Shown here: positions 1 through 10,310 of the stretch, piece after piece | Numbering within the stretch: the stretch's first letter is position 1 | How the letters are laid out: each line of letters starts with the position of its first letter | Source of the DNA: Roseibacillus sp. | GTDB lineage: Bacteria; Verrucomicrobiota; Verrucomicrobiia; Verrucomicrobiales; Akkermansiaceae | DNA length: 64,000 nucleotides | Reading direction: 5' to 3' | Assembly (NCBI GenBank): GCA_028821775.1 | Contig: JAPKFB010000005.1 | Location: forward strand, 26,257-90,256 | Notes under the pieces: model-generated | Databases searched by the model: none | Told to the model about the DNA's origin: nothing | What the model saw: only the letters and a program-made list of their open reading frames with translations | Position numbers and translations under genes: made by a program

Positions 1-118
1 GCAACTCGCGCAACGGGGTGAAACTCATGTCCGCCTCGACGAAGAGGCCCGCACAGTCCTGCGGGCCTATTATCGGGCGGGCAAAGCCAGACCCAAGCAA
101 CCGATCCGCACCCGCGGG

Positions 119-832
119 GTGGCCTCTCTGAGCGCCGGTGCGACCGCCGTCGTGCGGGAAGAACCCGCTCCCTCCCCGACCATTCATACGGTCCATGCAC
201 AGGGAACAACTCCTGCCGAGCAACTCGCTTCTCTCCAGAGCCAAGCCCAGAATTGGGACCCTGCCCGCTCCCTCGGCTCCTTGCGCGAGACCATGGTCTT
301 CGCGGTGGGGAACCCGACCGCCGACCTCATGCTGGTGGGAGAAGCGCCCGGCTACGAAGAGGAGCGAAAGCGCGAACCGTTTGTGGGACGCGCCGGTCAG
401 AAGCTTGATCAGATTCTCAGGGCCATGGGCTTCCAGCGAAGTGACATCTACATTTCGAACCTCTGCAAATTCCGCCCTGCCCTGAAGAATCAGACCACCA
501 ACAATCGCAAACCGACCCGTCAGGAAATGGATGCCTGCCTTCCCTTCGTTCGGGCCGAGATCGCGATCGTGAAGCCAAAATGCATCGTCGCCCTCGGTGC
601 CACCGCAGCAGAAGGATTGCTCGCTCGTCAAGACCCCGTTGGTCGCATGCGTGGCTCCTGGCATGAGTTCGAAGGCATTCCCGTGCGCGTTACTTACCAC
701 CCATCCTACCTTCTCCACAACGAGGCCGCGGTGAGTGAGAAGATGAAAGTCTGGGATGATATGTTAACGATCATGGATTTTCTCGAAATGCCGATATCCG
801 TGAAGCAGCGGGGATTTTTCTCGGGAAAATAG
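119..832 (+). CDS. Uracil-DNA glycosylase, family 4
   Basis: Motifs GEAPGYEEERKREPFVGRAGQKL and HPSYLLHN are typical of family-4 UDG. The frame stays open back to base 2, so the true start may lie upstream of the window rather than at GTG 119. Confidence 0.85.
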   Translation: MASLSAGATAVVREEPAPSPTIHTVHAQGTTPAEQLASLQSQAQNWDPARSLGSLRETMVFAVGNPTADLMLVGEAPGYEEERKREPFVGRAGQKLDQILRAMGFQRSDIYISNLCKFRPALKNQTTNNRKPTRQEMDACLPFVRAEIAIVKPKCIVALGATAAEGLLARQDPVGRMRGSWHEFEGIPVRVTYHPSYLLHNEAAVSEKMKVWDDMLTIMDFLEMPISVKQRGFFSGK

Positions 833-976
833 GCCGCGGAGAGGGCCTCCAAAATCGTTTTCAAATACTTGTGCGATTCCGCCCCGGATCTTCGTTTCAT
901 CCCACCGGTGAGGCGTGCCTCGCATAGCCCCACCCGACCCTTTCTTTCTTCTTTGCAGCCTTAAGAATTGGTCGAG

Positions 977-1008
977 CCCCGTCGGATTGGTCTCCGGCGG
1001 GGTTTTTT
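977..1008 (+). terminator. Rho-independent terminator-like hairpin
   Basis: 10-bp stem CCCCGTCGGA/TCCGGCGGGG (one G-U pair), 6-nt loop, then TTTTTT at 1003-1008. It lies 145 nt after the UDG stop. Confidence 0.6.
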
Positions 1009-1155
1009 GTGATTTTCACGCCAGCAGCATGAAAAGCCCAGCGATCATGAGATACTCACCCGCAAAGTGGTCTCTTGATCTTCCCGCTTGGACTTTTCGA
1101 CGGTCCCCTTGTCTTCCCATTTGACCTTCCGACATTCGACTCCATTACTCCCCCC

Positions 1156-3255
1156 GTGAGTGAGCATCCATTTTTAGCTGACGAGTTTCATGTCCGTTGG
1201 TCGCAACTTGTTCCGGAGAACGTTGAAGCCGATATCGAAGCCGCCATCACCCAGGCAGAGGCGCGTATCGAGGTCATCTGCACAACCGGGAAAGAGGACG
1301 CTACCTACGAGTCCACCTTCGGCGCGCTCGAAAATGCTTCCGAAGCACTCGACCGCGGATGGGGACGACTGAATCATCTCGACTCGGTGCGCGACCACAA
1401 GGATCAACGCGATGTTCTCAACAAGATGCTCCCCAGGGTGAGTGCGTTCAGTTCCTCGGTCCCCCTCAACGCCGAGCTCTGGTCCGCCCTCAAGGCCTTT
1501 GCCGATTCACCGGCCGCCCGCGAGCTCGATCCGATCCGCGCCCGCTACGTGGAGGAGACCTGTGCAGAGTTTCGCGATGCCGGGGCTGACCTCCCGTCTG
1601 AGCAAAAGGAACGCATGGCTCAGCTGCAGATCGAACTCGCCGAGGTCACTCAAAAATTCTCCGAGAACGTTCTCGATTCCACCAACACCTTCGCCCTCCT
1701 CATCGAGGACGAAGCCCGGCTCGCCGGCTTGCCAGAGACCGCCAAAGCAGGCGCTCTGGCGGATGCCAAGTCCAAGGATCTCGCTACCGACGAGCACCCC
1801 AAGTGGCGCTTCACCCTGCAACATCCTTCAATGGGCCCCGTCTTCCAATACGCCGACGATGACGAATTGCGGCGGGAATTGTACCAGGGAAACTCTCTCG
1901 TCGGATTCCACGGTGAGCACGACAACTCCGAACTCATTTGGAAAATCGTCCACTTGCGCCAGGAGAAAGCCGAGCTCCTCGGCTTCCCCAACTTTGCCGA
2001 CCTGACCCTGCAGCGGCGGATGGCCCGCGACGGAGCCTCGGCTCTCAAGTTTGTCGAGAACCTCCACGAACGCATCGCGGAAGCCTTCCGAAAGGAAGGC
2101 GCCCAACTTGAAGCCTACAAGGCCGGGAAGGCCGGCGGAGAGCCCACCCCGCTCGAACCATGGGAGACCGGCTACTGGGCCGAAAAGCAGCGCAAGGAGC
2201 TCTACGACTTCGATGACGAAGACCTGCGCCCTTACTTCCGGGTCGAGAAGGTCATGGCCGGCCTCTTTGGCCTCGCCACTCGACTCTTCGGCATCAGCAT
2301 TACTCCCCGCGAGATCACCTGTCATAAATCCGGGGCCTCGCCGTCGAACGGCACAGTGGAAGTTTGGGACCCCGAAGTCACCTTCTATGAGCTCCATGAT
2401 GCCGAGTCCGGCGAGCATCTCGGTTCCTTTTACGCCGACTGGCATCCGCGCGAGTCCAAACGCAACGGCGCCTGGATGAACTTCCTTGAAACGGGGCTCC
2501 CCGCCCAAGACGGCAGTGGACGCAAGCCGCACCTCGGACTGATCTGCGGAAACATGACCAAACCGGTTGGCGACCAGCCCGCTCTTCTCGCGCACTTCGA
2601 AGTGGAAACCATTTTTCATGAGTTTGGCCACCTTCTCCACCAACTCCTCAGTGAAGTGCCCGTCAAGGGCCTGTCCGGAGTGCGCGTGCCCTGGGACTTC
2701 GTGGAACTTCCTTCCCAGATCATGGAAAACTTCTGCTGGAACCGCGAGTCCCTCGACTTCTTTGCCCGTCATCACGAAACCGGCGACCCGATCCCCGACG
2801 AACTCTTCGCCAAGATGATCGCCGCGCGAAACTACATGAGCGCCACCGCCTTCATGCGCCAGCTCGCCTTCGGAAAACTCGACCTCGAGCTCCACCTCCA
2901 TCTCTCCACCTACACCGGCCGCGACCTGGACGAAGTCGACCGCGAGATCCTCGCAGGATACAAAGTCCCGCTCGCCAGCAATCCGCCCACCATGGCTCGC
3001 CGCTTCACCCACCTCTTCGGGAGCTCCACCGGCTACGCTGCCGGCTACTACTCCTACAAGTGGGCCGAAGTCCTCGACGCCGATGCCTTCACCCGCTTCC
3101 GCGATGAGGGCGTCCTCAATGGGGAGACCGGACGCTCCTTCCGCGAAACAATCCTGAGCAAGGGAAACTCTAAGTCGCCCGACGATCTCTACCGCGACTT
3201 CATGGGGCGCGATCCGGAGCTGCTCCCACTCCTCAAGCGCAGCGGCTTGGCCTGA
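1156..3255 (+). CDS. M3-family zinc metallopeptidase (oligopeptidase A / peptidyl-dipeptidase Dcp-like)
   Basis: HEFGH zinc motif (FHEFGHLLHQ) and overall M3 architecture. In-frame GTG at 1156 (VSEHPFLADEF...) fits the usual N-terminus better than the TTG at 1075. Confidence 0.9.
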   Translation: MSEHPFLADEFHVRWSQLVPENVEADIEAAITQAEARIEVICTTGKEDATYESTFGALENASEALDRGWGRLNHLDSVRDHKDQRDVLNKMLPRVSAFSSSVPLNAELWSALKAFADSPAARELDPIRARYVEETCAEFRDAGADLPSEQKERMAQLQIELAEVTQKFSENVLDSTNTFALLIEDEARLAGLPETAKAGALADAKSKDLATDEHPKWRFTLQHPSMGPVFQYADDDELRRELYQGNSLVGFHGEHDNSELIWKIVHLRQEKAELLGFPNFADLTLQRRMARDGASALKFVENLHERIAEAFRKEGAQLEAYKAGKAGGEPTPLEPWETGYWAEKQRKELYDFDDEDLRPYFRVEKVMAGLFGLATRLFGISITPREITCHKSGASPSNGTVEVWDPEVTFYELHDAESGEHLGSFYADWHPRESKRNGAWMNFLETGLPAQDGSGRKPHLGLICGNMTKPVGDQPALLAHFEVETIFHEFGHLLHQLLSEVPVKGLSGVRVPWDFVELPSQIMENFCWNRESLDFFARHHETGDPIPDELFAKMIAARNYMSATAFMRQLAFGKLDLELHLHLSTYTGRDLDEVDREILAGYKVPLASNPPTMARRFTHLFGSSTGYAAGYYSYKWAEVLDADAFTRFRDEGVLNGETGRSFRETILSKGNSKSPDDLYRDFMGRDPELLPLLKRSGLA

Positions 3256-3339
3256 CTGGCGGCCCCTTTCCCCCCGGGGCATGGTTGCGCCCACGCCTTG
3301 CTCGCAGCTCGGCCGCGACAGCTCCGCGATGGCCTCTCC

Positions 3340-4854
3340 CTACCTCTCCTTCTGCGATTTCTTGCTGCGAAAGCGCTCCGGCAGCCAAGAGGTCGCCACC
3401 ACTTCCTTGATCTCAGCGATCACTCGCTCATCTCCCTCACTGGTGGGAATCTTAGCCATGTAGGCCAGCTTCACGAGGGCCATGACCGCGCTGTGACGAT
3501 TGAATTGCACCGGCTCGTTCTTCAAGGAATCTAAGATGCGCCAATCCTCACCCGCACCCCGAGGGGCATAGGCGATGATCTTTTTGTTCTCCGCATAGTC
3601 GTGGAGAATATAACTCTGCCACTCCGTTTCCAGGTAGCCGTCGCCGTAGTGGCTCTCGGGATAAGCCCACACCCGCATTTCGACTGGTTCGCGAGGCTCA
3701 CTCTTCAGAAAGCCATCCCAGGACAAGTCGCCCACTTCAGCAAAGAACTCCCAGTAGACTTTCGGCATCACTCCCTCCCGAAGCACCACCAGCATCCGTG
3801 CCTTCTCTCCCGGGACCGTCACGCGGTATAGAAACTGGGCCTCTCCGTCGGAACCCAGGGCTCGATGCTTCAGGTTGAGATCGTAGTTCCCCGGGGCGGA
3901 GAGCGCTTGGTAGTAGCGCTTGAACTTCTCCTGAATCGCCTCCGACTCATAGATGAAGGGGGAGGCGGCCTTCACGCTGGTGGCATTGAGGTAGGCCCGG
4001 GCCACCGTCTCCGCCATCGCCGCTTCCGGATCATCCGCCATCAACTTCCCCAATTCCATCTCCACCGGAGGAATCCGAAGGTCATTCATCTCCGGGGGCT
4101 TGTTGGTAAACAAGTCATCCATCCACATGATGGTCGCGGTAATGAGAGAGACTGCGAACAACAAGGTCACGAACACGGTGGCCTTCGGATAGTGCCCCAT
4201 GAGCCACGCAAAGCCATTCTGGTGATCCGGCTGCGCCCGGTCATCCCAGTCTGCCTGGGTGTGTTTCTCTCTCCGAAATTCGTGCGCCACCTTCGCTGCT
4301 TCACGCCGCACCAGGACCCGCGCTCCAACCGGGCCGGCCTTGCTCTTCCCTCGAAATTTCGGTTCGCCCTCGTCCTCCGCCGATTCCAGTTGCACGATTT
4401 CGCGCTCCCCATTGTCCACTCGATTGGCCGAACCTTCCGCCCCGTCCCTTGCGTCTCCATTGCCTTGCGCAGGCTCTGCAGTCGACTCCTCCGACCCATC
4501 CTCGTTCACGCCCCCACGCTCGTGCTTGCCCAAACGCTCTTCCAGCCGACCAATCGTATTGGCGAGAGTTGCCAGCGCATTGGCCAGCACCACGTCCGTT
4601 CCAACTCCCGGCAACTCTGCCGCTTGCTTCTTGTAACGACCCACCAACAGGGAGGACTTGTCAGCCACCGCCGCCAAGTCGACGTGGGTAAACTCTTCCG
4701 GAAGATTCATGCTGACCGGAATCGCCATTTGCTCATCGCCTTCGCGGTAGCGCACCTTGACTGCACAGCCCGGGCAAATCTCCTCGATGGCGGGAGAGAG
4801 AACTTCGAATTCTACTTCGGCACCGCAGGCGGCACATTTCAGGGTGACTGACAT
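3340..4854 (-). CDS. Hypothetical membrane-anchored protein with N-terminal zinc ribbon
   Basis: The N-terminus has CAACG...CPGC (4-Cys ribbon), followed by an acidic low-complexity linker, one TM helix (ATVFVTLLFAVSLITATIMW) and a ~260-aa C-terminal domain. That domain is paralogous to the ORF at 41797..42822. Confidence 0.65.
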   Translation of the reverse strand: MSVTLKCAACGAEVEFEVLSPAIEEICPGCAVKVRYREGDEQMAIPVSMNLPEEFTHVDLAAVADKSSLLVGRYKKQAAELPGVGTDVVLANALATLANTIGRLEERLGKHERGGVNEDGSEESTAEPAQGNGDARDGAEGSANRVDNGEREIVQLESAEDEGEPKFRGKSKAGPVGARVLVRREAAKVAHEFRREKHTQADWDDRAQPDHQNGFAWLMGHYPKATVFVTLLFAVSLITATIMWMDDLFTNKPPEMNDLRIPPVEMELGKLMADDPEAAMAETVARAYLNATSVKAASPFIYESEAIQEKFKRYYQALSAPGNYDLNLKHRALGSDGEAQFLYRVTVPGEKARMLVVLREGVMPKVYWEFFAEVGDLSWDGFLKSEPREPVEMRVWAYPESHYGDGYLETEWQSYILHDYAENKKIIAYAPRGAGEDWRILDSLKNEPVQFNRHSAVMALVKLAYMAKIPTSEGDERVIAEIKEVVATSWLPERFRSKKSQKER

Positions 4855-5121
4855 CGGTTCCTAAAATCCGGCTGAGTTTGCCGACGATGTAATCAGGCAA
4901 CCCGCTCATCCAATACCGCATTCTCAAGGAGACAAGAAATAAGATTTGGCGGGGCCGCGGGGGTAAGGACTGAGCCTTTCTTCCTACTCACCGCCAAAAT
5001 AGTAAGGATCCCCTACATTCTCGCCGCCCTTCCCACTCTGAAGATCTCCCCTTGGGCCCGGAGGCCTGGTAAGAGCCCTCCCAAGGTGACTCCCAGCCAG
5101 AGCTTCCCCCCGCGGGAAGAT

Positions 5122-5364
5122 CTACTTCGGTAGCTTCGCGTGGCTCCCGTCGCAGAGAGGCTGGCCCGCGCTGTGCTTGCAGAGACACCAAGCCACGGGG
5201 GCCTTCTCGGTCACCTCGTGCTTCACGGGCACAAATTCAGTTCCCTTGTGACTCCCGTCACAGAAAGGCTGGGTCTCAGATTTTCCGCAGGAGCACCAAA
5301 AATAGGTGCCCGGCTCAACTTCCTGCACACAGGGTCTGCGGTCCGCAATGTTTGGCTCGGCCAT
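5122..5364 (-). CDS. CDGSH iron-sulfur domain protein (two CDGSH motifs)
   Basis: CSCGKSETQPFCDGSHK and CLCKHSAGQPLCDGSHA both match the C-x-C-x2-S/T-x3-P-x-CDGSH signature. Confidence 0.85.
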   Translation of the reverse strand: MAEPNIADRRPCVQEVEPGTYFWCSCGKSETQPFCDGSHKGTEFVPVKHEVTEKAPVAWCLCKHSAGQPLCDGSHAKLPK

Positions 5365-5414
5365 GAGGGGAACTTAGGAGAATTTGTTCTCTCCAACAAG
5401 AACCAGCGCAGTCC

Positions 5415-5624
5415 CTATCGACCCGAACTAGTCTTCGTGACCGGAGTTTCCGGCTCATCCGCACTGCTCCTCGCTGCCAGCGGCCGCTCTTCGAGGGGGC
5501 CTGCGGTGATTATCGCGGTGGGCGGGGCGGGATAGGTATCCATCGGGACAACTCGCAAATAGGTGGCCACGAGCCAGGAAAAAATCATCAGTGCCGCTGA
5601 TGTTACGAAAAAACGAACCGTCAT
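5415..5624 (-). CDS. Small hypothetical membrane-anchored protein
   Basis: ATG start and N-terminal hydrophobic helix (FFVTSAALMIFSWLVATYL). Co-directional with and upstream of the CDGSH gene. No recognisable family. Confidence 0.3.
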   Translation of the reverse strand: MTVRFFVTSAALMIFSWLVATYLRVVPMDTYPAPPTAIITAGPLEERPLAARSSADEPETPVTKTSSGR

Positions 5625-5858
5625 GGAGAGCAGGAATGTAAGGGGTGGGCGGGCATCTTTATCTCTTAGTTTTTAAGAGATTGCAACCTTTTTGAGTGCG
5701 GCCCTGCCGTCGGCTACGCTGTCTCACGTCCCACGTCCACTGATTCATGAACCGAATGAGATGCGATCCTGTTAGAGAGCTCCCGGGATTCTACTCTCTC
5801 TGGAATCTGATCGGACCTCGATCCGGGAATCCTTCCCATCCAGGCGACCAGCGGCCGC

Positions 5859-7295
5859 TCACCGTTTCCCCAACACGGAGGGCGCCGAAGTGGTGCCGAA
5901 TCGATCCGCCGAGACCACCGCAATCGCATCGGGAGAACCGCTCAAGGTCACCCTGCTCTGCCTCCCATGGACAACCGCCGCCATGACCCAGCGTTGGCCG
6001 TAACGGGCTTGCACGGCATACTTGGAAGCTCCCGCCACCAAGGACCACCGCACCAAGGTGCCTCTCCTTCCCCGCTGCGCGCTGGCAACCGGAGTGGGCG
6101 GGGCTTTCTTGCTCGCCCACGGCATGGGCGGAACGAGTGCCGGTTGAGTATACACGCTCTTCGCCAGCGCGGAGCTCACTCCTCCCCGGTTCTGCATCAG
6201 GGCCTTCGCACTCCAGTGAACATGACCAACATAGTTGCGACCGACGCTACGGGATAGTTGCACTTGCTTGAGGATTTCGCTCGCCGGTCTTCCTGGATCC
6301 TCGCTCGACTTGATGCGTGAGGTCGCAATCCCGGGCCAGACTGGACGTTTGCCCTGCGCGCGCCACCAGTTCAAGAGCAGGGAAAAACTTTGGGGGCCCT
6401 CAATCCGCCAGTAAAGTTGCGGGGTGAGATAGTCACACCACCCCGAACTGAGCCACTTGCGCGAATCAGCCGCCAAGTGCTCGTAGGCATTGATCCCGGC
6501 CGTCGTCCCGCGAGGCACCCCCGGCTTCCAGATCCCAAACGGACTGATCCCGACCCGGACCCAGGGCTTGGCGCCCTTCACGTTGGAGTACATCGACTTC
6601 ACAAACGAGTTCACGTACGAACGCCGCTGCGAAGGAGATTTGCCATCGGGAAAGTTCGGCGTCGCACGGTCGTTTCGCACATCGGGATAGGGATAGAAAT
6701 AATCATCAATGTGAACGCCATCAACATCGTAGCGATTCACCACATCCATGATCACACTGAGCGCGCGCTGTCGCGTAAAGCTGCTCGCGGGATCCATCCA
6801 CTTGTGCACTTTAAAATTTCGGATGATGGACGGATGAGTCCGCGAAACATGATCCGAGGAGACCTTGTGATCCTTGTGGGGCACCGCACGGAAGGGGTTG
6901 AACCAAGCATGCACTTCGATGTTGCGCGCATGCGCCTGCTGAATGCAGTAAGCGAGGGGATCATATCCCGGACTACGACCCATCGTGCCGGTCAGCCACG
7001 GAGACCACGGTTCGATGCGTGAGCTGTAAAGCGCATCAGCCTGCGGACGGACCTGAAAGATGACCGCGTTCATCTTGAGCGAGACCAGCTTGTCGAGAAT
7101 TCGGCGCATCTCTGCCTGTTGCGTTCCCGCTCCCAGTCCCTTCCGACTCGGCCAGTCGATGTTGTAGACGCAAGCCACCCACGCCCCGCGAAATTCCCGC
7201 GCCACGGTGGGAACCTTTTCCCGAGTGGGCGCATAACTCTGCCCTGCCACCAGCGAGCAGATCCCCAACCACAGTGCAAGACACCCTCGGATCAT
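5859..7295 (-). CDS. Glycoside hydrolase-like family 10 (GHL10 / YddW-YngK type) exported protein
   Basis: Signal peptide MIRGCLALWLGICSLVAGQSYA. The blocks RGAWVACVYNIDWPS, NAVIFQVRP and VHAWFNPF are typical of the DUF187/GHL10 family. Confidence 0.75.
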   Translation of the reverse strand: MIRGCLALWLGICSLVAGQSYAPTREKVPTVAREFRGAWVACVYNIDWPSRKGLGAGTQQAEMRRILDKLVSLKMNAVIFQVRPQADALYSSRIEPWSPWLTGTMGRSPGYDPLAYCIQQAHARNIEVHAWFNPFRAVPHKDHKVSSDHVSRTHPSIIRNFKVHKWMDPASSFTRQRALSVIMDVVNRYDVDGVHIDDYFYPYPDVRNDRATPNFPDGKSPSQRRSYVNSFVKSMYSNVKGAKPWVRVGISPFGIWKPGVPRGTTAGINAYEHLAADSRKWLSSGWCDYLTPQLYWRIEGPQSFSLLLNWWRAQGKRPVWPGIATSRIKSSEDPGRPASEILKQVQLSRSVGRNYVGHVHWSAKALMQNRGGVSSALAKSVYTQPALVPPMPWASKKAPPTPVASAQRGRRGTLVRWSLVAGASKYAVQARYGQRWVMAAVVHGRQSRVTLSGSPDAIAVVSADRFGTTSAPSVLGKR

Positions 7296-7423
7296 CGAAT
7301 TCCAACATTTCAGATTTCTTAACTAAATCCAAGCTGATTCAGCCTGGATCCGTAAGAACAATGATCACCCCGTGATCCCGGGTGGTCAAATCTCCTGCGA
7401 GCTTTGCGCACGCAGCGCAACGC

Positions 7424-8524
7424 CTACCAGTTCAACTTCTGCAACCCCTTGGGCAAAAACTTGCCATCCTTGCGAACCAGTTTTCCATCAAACCAGATTT
7501 CCCCACCGCCGTAATCGCTGCGCTGGATGCTCACCATGTCCCAGTGTACCTTCGATTTGTTGCCGTTGCTGGCTTCGTCATAGGCCTGGCCGGGCGTGAA
7601 GTGGAAGGAGCCTGCAATCTTCTCATCGAAGAGAATGTCGCGCATGGGCTCACGAATCTCGGGGTTGAAGCCAAGGGCGAACTCACCGATGTAGCGCGCG
7701 CCTTCATCGGCATCGAGGATCTTGTTGATCTCCTTATTCTTCCCGTCTGCTTCCGCCTTCACGATTTTCCCGTTCTCAAATTCGAGGACAATTCCATCGA
7801 AGGGAATCCCGTTGTATATCGTGCCCGCGTTGTGGCTGATCACGCCATTGACCGAGTTGCGCACCGGTGCTGTGAAGCACTCGCCATCCGGAATGTTGCA
7901 CTCCCCACCGCAGGGAATGGCGGGGATGTCTTTGATCGAAAATTCCAAATCCGTGCCCGGTCCCTTGATGTGCACGTGATCGGTCTTGGTCATAAGCTTG
8001 GCCAAGGCATTCATGGCCGGCTTCAAGGCCTTGTAGTCGAGAAGGCAGACTCGAAAATAGAAGTCCTCGAAGGCTTCCGTGCTCATCCCCGCCTGTTGCG
8101 CCATCGCCGGATGAGGCCAGCGCAGAACACACCACTTGGTTTTCTCCACCCGGTGGCGCAAGACCTTTCGCGTGTGGTTTTGGGCGACTTCAATTTTGGC
8201 CCCGGGGACATCACTCCATTCCGAGATGTTGTGACTGCCGCGCACCGCAATGTAAGCATCCATGTCGCGCATCTCGGCCATGCGGTGCTTCGCGATCAGA
8301 CGATACTGCTCGTTGGTCGCACCCTTCAGGAGCTCTCGCGACACCCGCATCGAGTTGACCGTCACCAAGGGAACAGCGCCCCGGCCTCGCGCTTCACGCA
8401 CCAGGGCGATGCCTACCTCTTCCGGGACGTCGTAGAGATCGATGAGAACTTTCTCACCGCGCTTCAGGTTGGTCGAGTAGCGCACCAGTTGCCGCGCCAA
8501 CTCATCGATCCGGGGATCGTGCAT
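7424..8524 (-). CDS. M29-family aminopeptidase (AmpS/PepS type)
   Basis: The N-terminus [28 protein letters not shown] and the ~366-aa length match aminopeptidase T/S family proteins. Confidence 0.85.
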   Translation of the reverse strand: MHDPRIDELARQLVRYSTNLKRGEKVLIDLYDVPEEVGIALVREARGRGAVPLVTVNSMRVSRELLKGATNEQYRLIAKHRMAEMRDMDAYIAVRGSHNISEWSDVPGAKIEVAQNHTRKVLRHRVEKTKWCVLRWPHPAMAQQAGMSTEAFEDFYFRVCLLDYKALKPAMNALAKLMTKTDHVHIKGPGTDLEFSIKDIPAIPCGGECNIPDGECFTAPVRNSVNGVISHNAGTIYNGIPFDGIVLEFENGKIVKAEADGKNKEINKILDADEGARYIGEFALGFNPEIREPMRDILFDEKIAGSFHFTPGQAYDEASNGNKSKVHWDMVSIQRSDYGGGEIWFDGKLVRKDGKFLPKGLQKLNW

Positions 8525-8548
8525 AATGGTCTGTGGTAAGGGGAACGG

Positions 8549-8762
8549 TTACTCGTGGCGCCACTGCGAGTAGGACTTGACCCTCGTCTTGCCCTTCTCG
8601 TCTTGATTGTCCTCAAGATTCGGATTGTTGGAATCCAACCGCTTCCCAAGATACGAGTCATCAAAGGCCCCTCCTCCCGCGTGTCGTTTATCGACCGATT
8701 CACAGGAGCTCAACGCCAGCCCAAGGCCAGCACACAACAGCAGACAGAATGCGCGTTTCAAA
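8549..8762 (-). CDS. Small putative lipoprotein
   Basis: Lipobox-like LALSSC after a hydrophobic stretch. TTG at 8762 would give MKRAFCLLLCAGLGLALSSC. Function unknown. Confidence 0.4.
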
Positions 8763-9017
8763 GCGGGCGCACTATGCCCCGCGCACCGAGATCGCGCAAG
8801 CGAAAGCGCCCGCCCCGGCGGCAAGCCCTCACGGCCTCCCCCTAAAATAATTCCGGATCAGGGCCGGGGCTCGAAATGGAATTGTTCTTCCCTGGGCAGT
8901 CACCTCGCAAATCTTCCCATGGCGGCTGTGGCTGGGAATGCCTTCCAGCAGCTCGTTTGAAACTTCTCCCCGGGCTCGCTCTTGCCTGCGCGCTCGAGCT
9001 TCCATAGCTTCTCCCCC

Positions 9018-9608
9018 GTGATTCGTCTCGGCATTCTCGGCTCCGGCTCCGGCTCCAACATGCAGGCCATCCTCGATGCCATTGCCGCGGGAACGCTAGC
9101 GGCCGAGATCTCCCTCGTGCTCTCCGACCTTCCTGAAGCCTACATTCTGGAACGGGCCGCCAGGGCGGACATCCCGAACGCCCACATCGACTGCCACGGA
9201 TTCAAATCGAAGTTCCCTGACGAGGCCCAGCTCCAAGTCGCCCACGACCTGAAGGAGGCCGGGGTGGAACTCGTTTGCCTTGCCGGATTCATGCGCCTTC
9301 TCCGCGCTCCCCTTCTCGACCACTTCCCCGGCCGCATCATCAACATCCACCCCTCGCTCCTCCCCGATTTCCCCGGACTGTATGCCTGGACCCAGGCCCT
9401 GGAGGCAGGGGCCACTGAAAGCGGCTGCACGGTTCACTACGTCGACTCCGGGATGGACACCGGCCCCATCATCGCCCAAGCCGCCGTGCCCGTCCTTCCC
9501 GACGACAGCCCGGAGACCCTCCACGCGCGGATCCAGATCCAGGAACACCGCATCTATCCCGAGGCCATCGCAGAAGCGACAAGGCGACTCGCCGAGGATT
9601 CTGATTGA
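9018..9608 (+). CDS. purN: Phosphoribosylglycinamide formyltransferase
   Basis: IRLGILGSGSGSNMQAILDAI and NIHPSLLP are PurN signatures. In-frame GTG at 9018 gives the canonical N-terminus; the ORF-track start 8982 is a TTG. Confidence 0.9.
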   Translation: MIRLGILGSGSGSNMQAILDAIAAGTLAAEISLVLSDLPEAYILERAARADIPNAHIDCHGFKSKFPDEAQLQVAHDLKEAGVELVCLAGFMRLLRAPLLDHFPGRIINIHPSLLPDFPGLYAWTQALEAGATESGCTVHYVDSGMDTGPIIAQAAVPVLPDDSPETLHARIQIQEHRIYPEAIAEATRRLAEDSD

Positions 9609-9640
9609 GGAGCCTCCCCCCCCAATCACGAGCGCGCAGC

Positions 9641-10195
9641 CTACTCCACTGTCACGCTCTTCACCAAGTTTCGCGGCTGGTCAATCGGGCACCTGCGCAA
9701 CATGATACGCGAACAGCCGCAGTGCCACCGTGGAGGTGATCACCGCGGTGTAGTGTGGTGAAGCGGGAACCTGGACGGAGGCATTCACCTCGTTCATCGC
9801 CGCGCGATCTCCTTCCCTAACGATTCCCAGGACCGGTGAACTCCTCGTTTCGTCGGAGTTCTGCACTCAGGCTCTTCGAGGTGAGCCGAAGCGCCCTAAA
9901 AGCTGCCCACCGGAAATCGCCTCATGTGACGCTCCACAATATTCACAAAGGCCTCGGGAACGTCGAAGCAACACAACCCGCTGTGGCGGTCGGCCTGGAA
10001 GAAGTGCAGATGCAGCTCGTCCGCCGTTCCCGCGGCGGTGATCACTGCGCTCACACTCCATCTCGGTTTGCGCCGGTCGACCACATTGTTCAAGAGGGCC
10101 GATTCACGAGCCAATAACTCAACCAAGCTGCAAGCGGAATTCCTATAAGAGCCAAGAACCAGACGGGGGGAACGTTTACCACAATCAGAGCCCAC
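9641..10195 (-). pseudogene. Degraded glmS-like (SIS-domain) gene remnant
   Basis: Three consecutive minus-strand frames carry the pieces. The first is an SIS-like block (LVLGSYRNSA...AVITAAGTADEL). The second is ...TSTVALRLFAYHVAQ. The third is the GlmS C-terminal signature DQPRNLVKSVTVE-stop. No glutaminase domain is present, at least two frameshifts are needed, and the region is far too short for an intact GlmS. Confidence 0.5.
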
Positions 10196-10310
10196 ACCCT
10201 CCCACTCTCCTCGTCAAATTGCCTCTCTTTTCCCCTCATTACCACGAACAACGCCCAATAACCCATTTTCGGCCTTCGTCATTCCTCCTCAAACCCTCAC
10301 AACCTTTCCT

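Noticed and set aside
1828-3294. 488-aa minus-strand ORF antisense to the M3 peptidase. The same pattern recurs at 3865..4851, 7382..8539, 18228..19352, 29942..31057, 32952..34388, 35909..37768, 39009..40604, 49049..50107, 51181..52416 and 60105..61997.
   Set aside because: These are shadow ORFs, as expected in GC-rich DNA. Their translations are Arg/Gly/Ala/Pro-rich with no motifs. The opposite strand carries proteins with clear family signatures and proper GC3 bias.
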